IMG/VR virus record: IMGVR_UViG_2617270876_000003
Span: 1 to 64,000 of that record
Direction: 5' to 3' (one strand)
Source: a virus
Lineage: Duplodnaviria > Caudoviricetes
DNA: 64,000 nt
Shown here: positions 33,005 to 44,067 of the stretch, piece by piece
Numbering within the stretch: position 1 is the first letter of the stretch
Layout: every line of letters begins with the position of its first letter
The notes under the pieces: generated by a model
Told to the model about the DNA's origin: nothing
What the model saw: only the letters and a program-made list of their open reading frames with translations
Database searches by the model: none
Translations under genes and position numbers: made by a program

Positions 33005-33250
33005 TTAATAAACCTCGCAGCCTTGATAATATTTATGTCCTTTCCCTCTATATCTCTGTTTAGAAATAAATGTCTTAACGATAATCAAGTTTTCAGACAC
33101 TTTAAGAAGAACAAGTACACCTTTTTCTGTCATCCATCTAATTTTACCTTCAATGTTTTTGATACAGGATACCTCTTTGATAAGGTATCCCATTCTAACT
33201 CCGCTCTTCTTGATTCTTTCTCTTGCATGTTGAGTGAATTTTATCTTCAT
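33005..33250 (-). CDS. DUF4258/RelE-like small protein
   Basis: KFTQHARERI N-terminus and IIVKT near the C-terminus. Confidence 0.5.
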   Translation of the reverse strand: MKIKFTQHARERIKKSGVRMGYLIKEVSCIKNIEGKIRWMTEKGVLVLLKVSENLIIVKTFISKQRYRGKGHKYYQGCEVY

Positions 33251-33508
33251 AGTTATTACCGTTTATTCTGCTTTCTTGCTCGTGCGTATTTAGTGAGCGT
33301 AGAACCCTTCTTTTCGTGTGTTTTTGCTGGAAGAACATATTGGAATGCAAGTCCTTGTTTTGCTGCAATGCGCTTTGATTCACTTTCTGCTCCAAGTCGA
33401 TCAGTTGGAAGATTATCAATTACAATATTCTTTCCTGTTTCAGTTGTTGCAATCCCGTAAAATGTTGTCATATGTATTATTTCTCCTTTTAAATATATGT
33501 ATTTTTAT

Positions 33509-35149
33509 TTAATTGATAATTCTGTAATCGTCGATCAGTACCTGCATTGTCTTTTCAATTCGGAAGCGTGGTTTATAGAATTTCCAATAATTCATGTTGA
33601 GGTTACCCAGCACTTCAATTTCAGAAAATACTGGAAAGTTGTTATAATATTCTTCATCAATCTTGAACTTCATTAGTTTAAGATTTTCATTAATTTTTAC
33701 TTCTAGAGTGTCTTTGTTTTTTCCTCTTAAAATTCTGTCATCAACAAAGATTCCTTTTATAAGAAATTTTCCATCCTTAAAGTTTCTACCACTCACTCTA
33801 TAGAAGTTACAAATGTGGAGAATTAATTTTTCATTGAGTTCGTTTATATTAAACTCAAGATCATAATACTGTGTGTCATCAAATGATGTATTGGCAAGTA
33901 TTTGATTCAATTCCTCTTGAAGATTGCCTAAGTTATTTTTATTTGTAGCTGTGCCTCCTGCCCCTTCGTGTCCTGCTGCATACAAAGCATTCTTACATGT
34001 GCTCAACAGCGACATCATGGGGAACTCATCATAACCTCTAAAACTACCCGCATAGATATCGTCACTCTTACCATTTCCCAATACAATCGCTGGTCTGTTA
34101 AAGTGCTTCGATAAATCTTGCGCAACTAATCCATTGTACCCCTTACCAATGGTAGGATCATAACAAATAACACATTTATTGCGAGTATCAACCGTTGGTT
34201 TTAATCGTTGTAAGGCTTCTCTTTGAACATTTTTTCGCTTTTCATTGACTTCAACAAGTTGTTTTACAATACCTTTTAGATTTGGACCGTTCTCATCGCA
34301 CATCATAAAGTCTTTAGCGAGAATAATTTTATCGTCCCTTGTTGCCGCTGTTACTGCTGGTGATAGTCCATAAACAAAGTCATTCGCGTAAAGGTTGTTA
34401 ATGTCTTTGCCCAATGCAGTAAACAGTTGCTTGAATCCCTCGTGTTGCACATTCTTTAATGAATTTTTAAAGAAGAATCTATTTTCAGGTTCAGTCATCG
34501 ACATCATATCAGCAGCTACTGAAAATCCAGCCATGTCTACGTATTTAATCGAGTAATATGTATTCATAATGTCATCTAATACAGAACATACCTTCCAAAC
34601 AAGCAGACCACCTGAAGCATTCTTGTTTGGATATTTGCAATCTGATTGTTGTGGGTTAACAATGGTTGCATATGGATTTGCATGAGTGATTTCATGGTGG
34701 TCAATAATTAAACAATCAATTCCCTTTTCGCTCAGAAGTTTCATCTCTTCAACATCATTACTACTACTATCAACGGCAATATACAAATCGATATCTTCGG
34801 GTACTTGGTCAATAATGTATTCAGTACCGTGTCCAGCGCTTCTCTCCACAAACTCTAATGTAACCTTGTCGTTATATTTCGAGATGCATTTATACATCAT
34901 CGTTCCTGCTGCTAATCCATCCCAATCACAATCTCCAAAGATAAAAATCTTTTCACCATTTCTGATTGCTTTAATAATTCTTTGTGCTAGTAAGTCGATA
35001 TTTTTCAGCAAATATGGACTATGTACAACATTACTCAATGGATTCAGAAACGCATCAATATCTTCAATTCCATTAATTTTAGCCAACTTAGAATACAGGT
35101 TATCGTGTTCATCATACGGAATTTTGGGTATTTTCTTTTTCCACGCGAT
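33509..35149 (-). CDS. recJ: RecJ-like DHH ssDNA exonuclease (YorK-like); probable ATC start at 35149
   Basis: GDCDWDG, IIDHH, VADMM-like motif, GSFR, AGHEGAGG. Confidence 0.92.
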   Translation of the reverse strand: MAWKKKIPKIPYDEHDNLYSKLAKINGIEDIDAFLNPLSNVVHSPYLLKNIDLLAQRIIKAIRNGEKIFIFGDCDWDGLAAGTMMYKCISKYNDKVTLEFVERSAGHGTEYIIDQVPEDIDLYIAVDSSSNDVEEMKLLSEKGIDCLIIDHHEITHANPYATIVNPQQSDCKYPNKNASGGLLVWKVCSVLDDIMNTYYSIKYVDMAGFSVAADMMSMTEPENRFFFKNSLKNVQHEGFKQLFTALGKDINNLYANDFVYGLSPAVTAATRDDKIILAKDFMMCDENGPNLKGIVKQLVEVNEKRKNVQREALQRLKPTVDTRNKCVICYDPTIGKGYNGLVAQDLSKHFNRPAIVLGNGKSDDIYAGSFRGYDEFPMMSLLSTCKNALYAAGHEGAGGTATNKNNLGNLQEELNQILANTSFDDTQYYDLEFNINELNEKLILHICNFYRVSGRNFKDGKFLIKGIFVDDRILRGKNKDTLEVKINENLKLMKFKIDEEYYNNFPVFSEIEVLGNLNMNYWKFYKPRFRIEKTMQVLIDDYRIIN

Positions 35150-37050
35150 AGTGTAGGCTCACCCTTTCTATACATATTAACCAATGCTTATTTTGAAGTT
35201 TTCAGGCAATGCAATATTATCATAGCTATCCATTGCCTTCATGAACTTATATGTAAGTAACTTGTTCTCTCTTCCTGTGTTCTTGTTAATGATTCGAATA
35301 TTCGCTTTACGTTTCATAAGAATCACTCTCCAAAATAGGATTTAGTTTTCAAGCAAATTGGTAATAATCTCGATGCGTTCAGATTTATTTAACTTGGCCC
35401 ACAACAAAGAAATTTTATTGTAGATTGCATCCAAATCTTTTCCGTCTGTCTCGACTCCAAATTCCTTGAGAATATCAGTAAATGTCATAATTCTCACCTC
35501 CTTGATTTGATGAAAGATAAGTTTTATAAGCAAATGATTAAAAATTCTTTCTCTTTTGCTTTAATAAAAGCATAGTATTTACTTTTATGCTCTAGATTAT
35601 ATAAATTCCTATTATGATCTTCCATATTCCTAAATAATTCAACTACTTCTGGAATTTCAGGATTAGCAGCAAGATCGTCTAAATTATAACTCACAGTAAT
35701 TCCAGACTCTCTTCTTTTTATATTTTCCAATAAAAAGTCATAAGCATCTCTTTTTGGGGGATCTAAAACCTTGTCAGGATATTTTCCTATGTATTGAATT
35801 ATATTGTCTCCTTTCCATTTAATCTTATTTTGTTCAGCGTGCACATCTATCTCAGACTGTTTTTTATATGATTTTCATATGTCCATTTCTTCACTTCGTC
35901 CATAACCTCTCTATTGCTTTTCAAAATATTCTCTACTGTGTGCTCATTAATTAATTCTCCTTCGGGATTTTTGATTAATACCTTCAACAATACCTCGTCG
36001 TTCTTTTTAAAACTCCTTTTAACATCGATTTTCCATCCGTGGTATTTCGCGCTAAGAATATTTGTTCTCATCTTTTATCTCCTCTATATTGTTTTTTTCA
36101 TGAAAGTATGTTTTTATTAAGTCCAATACTCTTGTTCTTCATCCGCATACTCTTCCATCTTGCAATAGCGCTTGTAATGATCCCAGTTGTCTAAGTCTAA
36201 TCCTTGCTGCTTTGCGTGTTCGTAATCTTCATCTGAATATGGTTTATCCATGTTCATTACTTATCTCCTTTGTTTTATGACCATTTAAAATTGCAATGAA
36301 TCATCCTGCCATGTAATTCCCCTTTTACGATTACCACATCTTCAATCTCTAGTTCAGCAAGAACATCTTGTGTTCCAGCATAGCAACGTCCAGAATATTT
36401 TCCTTTTCTATCTTTATGAATATAATAGATGCCATCATCAATTTTAATAAAAACCAATGAGGCTTTTTCTATGACGGTCATTTAATAGGTCTCCTTTTGT
36501 TTATGTATTTTTTCTACTATTCAGAAATTGCATCACAGAATACTTTCCATTCAGTTTTTTTATTTCTCTGAACTTTTTTAAGTCCTTTGTAATGATTACA
36601 AGGAAAAATTCCTCCACCAAACGCACTTTTATAAATACAGGTGCATTCTTCTCTTTTTTCGCCTTTATTTTTGCCAAACATAGTTTCTACTTCTCTGCTT
36701 CCATATTCTCTTTGGATTGGACATTCTGATTTCAAAACATGAACCTCTTCGGTTCCACCGCCTATTGCACAACAGCTCGAAAAAATCTCTTTTTCCTTCA
36801 ATTATATTCATCTCCCTATATTTATTATTTTCATTACAGGTATTCAATGACTTCTATGTATTCATCTATCTCCAAGTAATCGATGCATACTTGGTCTTTA
36901 ATTTCATCAATCACTCTTTCGTTACCAGACCACCAGACCTCATGTTTTCCGTGAGGATAATAATAATCCTTTAACATCTTTACTCTTGCTTTCATCTACA
37001 TCACTATTCCTTTTCTCATAAAACTATTCTTTTATCAGTTGTGCAACGTT

Positions 37051-37449
37051 CTAATCAATATAATCAAAATCAACAGGGAACAAATATTTTGGGTTGTAGT
37101 TAATTGTGAACTTGTATTTTGATACTTGCTTCACTCGTAGCTGTTCACACGTGTAACCTATTTCGGAGGACAGGTAAACAAAATGTTTATAGTATCCGCC
37201 GTCATCTTCACCTACAATTGCCAAATCTCCATCGCCTTCTTTTTGCAATGAAAAGTTGCCTACTGCAACAAAAACAACTTCTCCCGTTCTTTGATTGAAT
37301 GCCGTTAGCTTGCGAGTAATATTAAAGCTGTCTGCTTCCTGTGATAAATTATTGCTAACCCTATCTGCCTGTGTACATCCGGTCATAATTACAGTCATTA
37401 GCAAAGCAAGCAACAATACTTTTATTGATTTTTTCATTTTGACATACAC
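37051..37449 (-). CDS. Phage lipoprotein
   Basis: Signal peptide with MTGC lipobox; ADRVSNNLSQEADSF. Confidence 0.8.
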   Translation of the reverse strand: MYVKMKKSIKVLLLALLMTVIMTGCTQADRVSNNLSQEADSFNITRKLTAFNQRTGEVVFVAVGNFSLQKEGDGDLAIVGEDDGGYYKHFVYLSSEIGYTCEQLRVKQVSKYKFTINYNPKYLFPVDFDYID

Positions 37450-37502
37450 TCCTTTTTTATATTTTTTATGTATTGTTTATACTATCTCAATAACTTATTC
37501 GA

Positions 37503-38048
37503 TCATCTTACATAACCAACAAATTCGACTCCTCTATTGCAAAATTCTTTAACCATAGCACACACTAGACCAAACGACATGCCTGAGTGACCTTGACTAT
37601 CAATTTCTCTCTTTGCTTCATCAAGACTGCCGTTTTCGTTTAGAATTTTTACAATATCTAAGCAGCATCCCAATTCCATACCATGATATAAATCACCAAG
37701 TCTAATGGGAACAATTTTGTCCCAATAATCCCATTTATCTTGATCCAGCACTTGTCTGCCTTTTGCTTCCCATTCTTCTGTAAGAGAAGGAATGCTTTCT
37801 TTAAATTCCGCTTCTCTCTTTTCGGTATCCTCCCTCACTTTTTGGTGTGCTTCATCGAATTCAGTTTTGGTTTTTCCGGTAATCGCCTTATATGCGCCAT
37901 CCATTGTTACTGTGTCTGAGTACAGCGTGATACCATTAAATTTGCCGCAAGCTAAAGCCCCATTATTTCTAAAATCCCAAAGTTCACGAACCGCCCCTTC
38001 GATGGTGCTACCTACCAAAAAATCAATCTCTAAATATTTTTTATCCAT
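37503..38048 (-). CDS. Conserved phage hypothetical protein
   Basis: 181-aa ORF, strong RBS, QGHSGMSF motif. Confidence 0.7.
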   Translation of the reverse strand: MDKKYLEIDFLVGSTIEGAVRELWDFRNNGALACGKFNGITLYSDTVTMDGAYKAITGKTKTEFDEAHQKVREDTEKREAEFKESIPSLTEEWEAKGRQVLDQDKWDYWDKIVPIRLGDLYHGMELGCCLDIVKILNENGSLDEAKREIDSQGHSGMSFGLVCAMVKEFCNRGVEFVGYVR

Positions 38049-38097
38049 AAATTATCCTCCTTTTTATTTTCATTTTCTTAATTAAACTCTTATTTGA

Positions 38098-38388
38098 TCA
38101 CTCTTCCACTCGCTCATATGTAAATTCAAAAATATCTGGTTTGCATGGATAAACTTCTCCTGCGACTCCTTTAATAATGTAATCTCCGTAATCGCCTCGC
38201 ATAACGCCTTCCAACGTTTTGATTTCGCAGTGTGCTTTTGTGAGTTTAAATGAATCGTAACTGGAGCCACCCTGTGCGTAATAGACAACAATCTCATTCT
38301 CATTAACCTTATCTTGGAACCATTCGGGACTTGATTCAATACCCATTCGAAAAGCTTCAATTACTACTGGCTTCTTTTTAAATTTCAT
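38098..38388 (-). CDS. KKPVVIEA/GDYIIKG-family phage protein (possible Acb4-like sponge), copy 2
   Basis: KKPVVIEA..TLEGVM..GDYIIKGV.GEVYPCKPDIFE.TY. Confidence 0.7.
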   Translation of the reverse strand: MKFKKKPVVIEAFRMGIESSPEWFQDKVNENEIVVYYAQGGSSYDSFKLTKAHCEIKTLEGVMRGDYGDYIIKGVAGEVYPCKPDIFEFTYERVEE

Positions 38389-38422
38389 TTCATTTTATCC
38401 TCCCAAATTATGTTTATAAAAT

Positions 38423-39103
38423 TCAAATTTGGTTAGCTTTTTCTAAAAAGTTCTTATAATCTTCTGTAACCCATTTTATTAATTTCAACAAACGGTCTTC
38501 TCTAAAATTTGTATTATCTTCGTCGTACCATTCAATTAGTTCAAATTTATGTTTACTACTATTACAACTTTGACATGCAGGGACACAATTACTCAGATCG
38601 TTTGATCCATTACAATCCACATGTTCTCTATGTAATTGTTGATTTAATGTTAGTCTATGTTCTTCTTCAGTAATTCCGCAGTATGCACACATGTAATTGA
38701 AATATTTTTTACATGAATCCCATTCACTGAATGTTATTTCGTGCTTCTTATTTGAGTATCGCTGTCGATTATATTCTTTCAGTTTTTCAGGATTTACTTT
38801 TCTCCACTCACTTTGATACCCGTTAATTCTCTGTTCTTTAGAATGTTCTCTTTCCCTCTTCCTCCATGATTCACTGACTTTAGTTTGATTTGTATTATAG
38901 ATATGTTTCTGTTGTAAGTAGTACTCATGATTGTCCGACTGCCATTTTAACGACCTTCTGATACTGCACTCCTTACATTCAGGATAATAATAAATATATT
39001 TTCCACGCTTTTTAGATTTTTTGGTTTGTGAATAGAACATATTATAATCTTTTAACTCTTTACATGTTTTGCAAATTTTTATTTTACGTCCAACCTTCCT
39101 CAT
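38423..39103 (-). CDS. HNH endonuclease
   Basis: CAYCG..HREHV..SN.LSNCVPACQSCNSSK plus an N-terminal zinc finger. Confidence 0.88.
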   Translation of the reverse strand: MRKVGRKIKICKTCKELKDYNMFYSQTKKSKKRGKYIYYYPECKECSIRRSLKWQSDNHEYYLQQKHIYNTNQTKVSESWRKREREHSKEQRINGYQSEWRKVNPEKLKEYNRQRYSNKKHEITFSEWDSCKKYFNYMCAYCGITEEEHRLTLNQQLHREHVDCNGSNDLSNCVPACQSCNSSKHKFELIEWYDEDNTNFREDRLLKLIKWVTEDYKNFLEKANQI

Positions 39104-39519
39104 AATTATGTATTTGGCTTTGTCAATAATTCACCAACAAAGCCATCATTTCCTAATCAGCTATATAACTTCATATGTATTTGCATTTCCATTAGCTGAT
39201 TTACTGCTATTTATTTTTACTTTATTTATTTATTTCACTTTATACATTTGTGTCTTACACATCATATCAAATCCGTAACACTCTTGCCCTAGATCGTCTA
39301 TGATATACTGCTCTCCATTCATAAAGTTATTCATTGTTGTGGAAGTTTTATAGTGCATCCTCCTTATCTCATATATTTTTCCTTCAGTAAAATCTCCAAC
39401 AGGGAACAGCTTTTCTACAATTTCAACGTACTGAGCTTCTGACTCATCTTCTGTGACTTGTAATTGTGACTTATCTATTAATGATGTCAAAGGAACAACC
39501 CCTCTCGTTTACAATTCTA

Positions 39520-39548
39520 ATTATATTTACTTTATAAATGATTGTCAA
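39520..39548 (-). promoter_or_regulatory. Consensus sigma-A promoter
   Basis: TTGACA-17 bp-TATAAT on the minus strand. Confidence 0.8.
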
Positions 39549-39646
39549 CATTTATTTTTACTATTTATTGGTGGTATTTTAGCCGGAAAGTCAGTGTGAA
39601 ATCTTTATTTATACGAATAAACAAATGGAGGATTTATGCCTCATTA

Positions 39647-40465
39647 TTAATATAATTTATGTCGTTCTTCTTGCAGTTTGTATTTGTGCAACTCGAAGAA
39701 ATCAACACAATATTTGATTAAAGTTTCTCTTTCTTTATTTAAGCGTATAAACTCTTTTGGATCAAAAGAATGTCTTGCATACCTTTTTTCAATTTCAACT
39801 AATTTATCTCTTTCTTTTGATATTCTATTATCGATTTTTTCAAATAAACCCTTGCTAAATGATAATCGAGACAAATCTTGAACAAAGAAAAAGAGTGACT
39901 TCCACTTTAATTTCCGATTTACGAAATAAAAATCATACACATATTTATATGGGTGTTTCAATACCGCTTCCCATTTATCAATTTTCTCTTCGACTAATTT
40001 TAGTTCTTTTTCTTTATCTTCTCTTTGTCTTTTATTTTCAGCATTAATTTCATCTTCTAATTTTGGCTTATCCCTAATTCCATACCATTGTTTGTAGATA
40101 TTAAACTGGGCAATTTCAATATCACCACAATAAATAGCAAAAATCGATGGGAATGACATTGGCTGTCGAACTTTTACTGTTAGATCATAGGTACATTGCT
40201 TCTGAAAATAAGTGTTCATTAATTCGGCGAGATACTCTTGAAACTTATGCAGTTCTCTCTTAACCGAAGTAAATATTAATGATTTACTACCTTTTAATTC
40301 TTTATCTGCGGTTGTGAACAACAGTACGGGTGTTTTGGTCGCAGCTTCAATAAACCGTCTTTGAGATGTTAACTCTTCAATGGCTTCGTCTATGCTTGAT
40401 TTAAAATTATCAAAACTCAAATTATCATTCCTTTTCATATTTTGATAAAACCTATATTTGATCAA
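39647..40465 (-). CDS. Hypothetical protein
   Basis: Long ORF, no recognised motif. Confidence 0.6.
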   Translation of the reverse strand: MIKYRFYQNMKRNDNLSFDNFKSSIDEAIEELTSQRRFIEAATKTPVLLFTTADKELKGSKSLIFTSVKRELHKFQEYLAELMNTYFQKQCTYDLTVKVRQPMSFPSIFAIYCGDIEIAQFNIYKQWYGIRDKPKLEDEINAENKRQREDKEKELKLVEEKIDKWEAVLKHPYKYVYDFYFVNRKLKWKSLFFFVQDLSRLSFSKGLFEKIDNRISKERDKLVEIEKRYARHSFDPKEFIRLNKERETLIKYCVDFFELHKYKLQEERHKLY

Positions 40466-40631
40466 TATCTTTCCCAGTTTTAAGCCAATATTTTAAGTCT
40501 AATAAAGCAATTTTTCTTTGGGTATAAATGACCTGATAATAAGGTCGTTTTTCCTTATCGTACTCATAAATTATTTGATCTAACTTCTTGAGTGGTTTTC
40601 TTTTAAATATAAACATTCTTCACCACCTCAT

Positions 40632-41711
40632 TTACAATGGAATCTTAAATTTATTTTCACTATATAATTTCTCGAAGACTTCCTTCCCCTTATCACATGG
40701 GCTATCCTTATCCTCGAACAATCCGCTTTTATCCCATAAAGCATAGACATTTCTCGTCTTACCAAACTTAGCGGCCTGTTTCTTTATATCTTCAATCCTC
40801 TTGTCCTTGTCTAAAGCAATAACAATGTCGATTTCATTCCCCAATCCCCGAATCAAATTAACTTGCCATTCGCTCAAATCATCTCCACTTATGGCTACAC
40901 AGTTTCGAAAACCATACTGAGAACTCAGCCATGTTGTTTTTTCACCTTCATAGATAATAACCTCTTTCCGCTCTAAAATGTAATACAAAGCTCTATGCCA
41001 GTTATACAATTCAACCATCTTATTAAAATTATAGAGATAAAGAAATTTATAAATATCTCTCTCCTCATAATCTTCAAAGATGGTTCGTCCTTTTATGGAG
41101 ATTATCTCCCCATACTGATTATGTATAGGGAAGATAATTCTTTGACTTTTTATATCGTAGCCGATCTGGAATTCGACCTGAATAGCATATTCAATGCCTT
41201 CGTCTATGTATTTTTGATGTGGTAGCATTACATATTGCTCAAGTATCTCTTCGTCATACACTTCGTTTTCTATTTCCGTTAAATTCCGTTTCTTTATACG
41301 TTGTCTCTTTACATCTTTAAGCCATTTTAAATGGTTTGCTGTAGGTGATGGAGTATATGAACCATTAAGATATTCTTTATACTCCAGCTTCTCACATATC
41401 CACTTCTTTGATTTATAAAGGTTTTTACTGCGTTCATCTTCAGAATACAGGTCAAACACTATGTATGATACTAATCCGTATATGTCTAAATCTGATTCAC
41501 CAAATGAGCGAATCCGACTAGAAAGACTTTCATTCAAATAAACCTGAACAGACCGTTTGTTTGGAGAATTGAATTTTAATGGAAGTTGAGCTTCATAACG
41601 ATTATTTTTCTTTTGAACATGTTCACAATCCATTAGTTCAAGCAATTCACCAATACGTTCGTCTTCCAATAGTCTTATTTTTATTTCTTTTAAATCATTT
41701 CCATTCTGCAA
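40632..41711 (-). CDS. dnaG: DNA primase (TOPRIM, YorJ-like)
   Basis: RIIFPIHN, IKGRT, IYEGEK, IALDKD, KDSPCD. Confidence 0.88.
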   Translation of the reverse strand: MQNGNDLKEIKIRLLEDERIGELLELMDCEHVQKKNNRYEAQLPLKFNSPNKRSVQVYLNESLSSRIRSFGESDLDIYGLVSYIVFDLYSEDERSKNLYKSKKWICEKLEYKEYLNGSYTPSPTANHLKWLKDVKRQRIKKRNLTEIENEVYDEEILEQYVMLPHQKYIDEGIEYAIQVEFQIGYDIKSQRIIFPIHNQYGEIISIKGRTIFEDYEERDIYKFLYLYNFNKMVELYNWHRALYYILERKEVIIYEGEKTTWLSSQYGFRNCVAISGDDLSEWQVNLIRGLGNEIDIVIALDKDKRIEDIKKQAAKFGKTRNVYALWDKSGLFEDKDSPCDKGKEVFEKLYSENKFKIPL

Positions 41712-41713
41712 AC

Positions 41714-42544
41714 CTATCCCACCTTAATAGGTACGGTGAATTTCTCTGGAGTTACTACTCTATTCAAAATAACTGTGTGAATTAACTTATAATCCATAGT
41801 TTCTTTTGCTAACTTTCCAAATTGACTTTCTTTCATCAAATAAGAAAGGCGATAACTGTCATATACACTAAATACCAAAGTCTTGTCTGCTTTTCTCCAT
41901 TTTGGATCGTGCTTTAATCTAGGTCTAACTTTAAATTTTTCTAAAAATTGTTCCTGAGCATATTCAGCTTCTTCTAGAGAAAAACGAGAGATCGATAACT
42001 CGTAAAATGAGTTTCTATTCTTCCCCTTTGGATAATTATGATATCCGTCATCTAAAAACCAAATGGTCAAGGAGTTATCATTTAGTAAATTTAGTGTCTC
42101 AATAATATTCAAATCAAAGTATGTATTTAAGCATGACATTGATTTCGTTGTAAACGAATATTGATCTTGTCTGTTCTTGCTGTCGGTTTCTCTACTTCTA
42201 TCAAGAAAATATAGGTCTTCGTGATTGCACAGATTTCTTATAATTTGTAATTTAGCGTTCGCGTATTCTTTTTGATCCTCACAGTGAGATACGGTTAATA
42301 GGGTCAAATTATTTTTCTTTTGTAAATGTCCATCACCCAACATGCTTCCAACAACTAAATCCTTCTGTAAATCTGATAATTGATTAAATTTCTCTTGTGT
42401 TTCTGGTGTTATATTATATCTTAATAATTTATTTCTTATGGTTGTAGCTGCACATCCATACTTCTCTGCAATCTGATAAGATGATAATTGATTTATAACA
42501 TAATGCTTATATAATTCATCTTTATCAATAAGTACTCCTCTCAA
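41714..42544 (-). CDS. Free-standing LAGLIDADG homing endonuclease with an N-terminal HTH
   Basis: VVGSMLGDGHL and LTIWFLDDG motifs. Confidence 0.85.
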   Translation of the reverse strand: MRGVLIDKDELYKHYVINQLSSYQIAEKYGCAATTIRNKLLRYNITPETQEKFNQLSDLQKDLVVGSMLGDGHLQKKNNLTLLTVSHCEDQKEYANAKLQIIRNLCNHEDLYFLDRSRETDSKNRQDQYSFTTKSMSCLNTYFDLNIIETLNLLNDNSLTIWFLDDGYHNYPKGKNRNSFYELSISRFSLEEAEYAQEQFLEKFKVRPRLKHDPKWRKADKTLVFSVYDSYRLSYLMKESQFGKLAKETMDYKLIHTVILNRVVTPEKFTVPIKVG

Positions 42545-42555
42545 ATAAGCCCTCC

Positions 42556-44055
42556 TTAAAACATTGAATTAGATTTTTTGCCCATCTGTGCATATGCAAC
42601 CTCTCTGAAGGAATTTATGCCATAGTTGACTTCATAGATAATCTGCTCTGATGTATCACCTGAGCGGTTCTTGCAAATGAAGATTATTAGATATGTCTTT
42701 TCTGGATCTAGTTTATATTCTTTCTTATGCCACTTGCCATCAAAATCACTTTTTTCCCAGTTGTAACAGAACAATTCTTCTTTCTTTCCGGGGTATTCAT
42801 CTGCAAATAACAACCTTCCCATCAATACAGTAGAGGCCACTTCAACAATTTCTAATGATTTACCGATAGCACTCATATCTAAATATCTGTATTCCTTACC
42901 GATCTTCAACTGTACCGTAGCAAGCATTCCTACATTGTTTGCTTCTGGTTTAATACAATCAAATATGGCCTGAGCATCATTGCTGAAAGCTTCCCATCGA
43001 GCCATCTCTGATGACGAACTGGCTTTAAATGTGTCTAATCCGGCATATCCGTATCCAAGTGGGCGCATCATCTGAATTCGACTAATGACATCTTCTGCCC
43101 TATACTTTTTGAGATCATAGAATTTGATGATATCTTGAGGCTTCTGTTCCAACCATTCTTTGGCTGCGTTCAGTCTTTCTAACGTCTTCTCGTCAAAATT
43201 GCCCTCAATTAACTTTTCCCTATTAATTGGCTTATTTAATATCTTAGAAGCAATCGTTGCCAAGGTAAGATTTCTTGTCTTCCACACATTCTCTTCATTA
43301 GCATACACCATGCCTTTTTCATTATTCTCAAGCAAGGCCAGGATGAACTTTTCCATAAAAATAGAACTTTTGCCGATCCCAGAACTAAGAATCAGATATA
43401 TTAATTCTCCTCTTCGCCAGCCTTTTATCTTTTTACTAAGCCTTGGAGAATCATGTAGCGGTAATCCCATTGCTTCGCCTTGATTCATCTTATCAATTGC
43501 AGTATCAAGATCGTCAATCAGGTTATATTCAACAACCTCACCGCAATTAATATGAGAAAAAATCTGGCTGGTCTTAAACTGGAAGAATGACTGCATCTGC
43601 TTAAGAGTCATCTTAGTTAACTTTGTTACTAATTCCCTATTATTTACGTCAACCAAACTTTCTACTTGGAATTTACGTAAGCTTTCGTATTTTTGGATTT
43701 CGGAAAAATGGTACTCGTCATTTCCTTTATCCTTCTGGCACTCTTCTTTAATTTCTTCAATTGAATTGTATCCACCGTATTGATTATAATAATCAAAGTA
43801 TGATTTTCTCCCTGTTTCAATTGGGCGCGATGTTAAGAAAGAATATGTTGTAGTATCATCAAATGTTCTAATACCATTCTCGTACATTTCTTTACCTATG
43901 TAATAGAAAAACCACCAGATGCCATCAGTGAAAGTGTCCTTGGTAATCTCATGATTACGGTATTTTTCGTATAAAGAAGGCGCACTCCATAGATAGCCAA
44001 CAAACAAAGACTCGTGAATTTTGGACGGTTTTACAAACTCTTCTATGTATTCTAT
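42556..44055 (-). CDS. dnaB: Replicative DnaB-like helicase (YorI-like); probable ATA start at 44055
   Basis: SSGIGKS Walker A, ANEE, LDTFK, TVQL, KNRSG; next to primase. Confidence 0.87.
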   Translation of the reverse strand: MEYIEEFVKPSKIHESLFVGYLWSAPSLYEKYRNHEITKDTFTDGIWWFFYYIGKEMYENGIRTFDDTTTYSFLTSRPIETGRKSYFDYYNQYGGYNSIEEIKEECQKDKGNDEYHFSEIQKYESLRKFQVESLVDVNNRELVTKLTKMTLKQMQSFFQFKTSQIFSHINCGEVVEYNLIDDLDTAIDKMNQGEAMGLPLHDSPRLSKKIKGWRRGELIYLILSSGIGKSSIFMEKFILALLENNEKGMVYANEENVWKTRNLTLATIASKILNKPINREKLIEGNFDEKTLERLNAAKEWLEQKPQDIIKFYDLKKYRAEDVISRIQMMRPLGYGYAGLDTFKASSSSEMARWEAFSNDAQAIFDCIKPEANNVGMLATVQLKIGKEYRYLDMSAIGKSLEIVEVASTVLMGRLLFADEYPGKKEELFCYNWEKSDFDGKWHKKEYKLDPEKTYLIIFICKNRSGDTSEQIIYEVNYGINSFREVAYAQMGKKSNSMF

Positions 44056-44067
44056 GTCTGATCCTCC

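Noticed and set aside
39550-39646. Possible tRNA or structured RNA in the intergenic gap
   Set aside because: No cloverleaf or T-loop found; no tRNA recognised anywhere in the window by eye.
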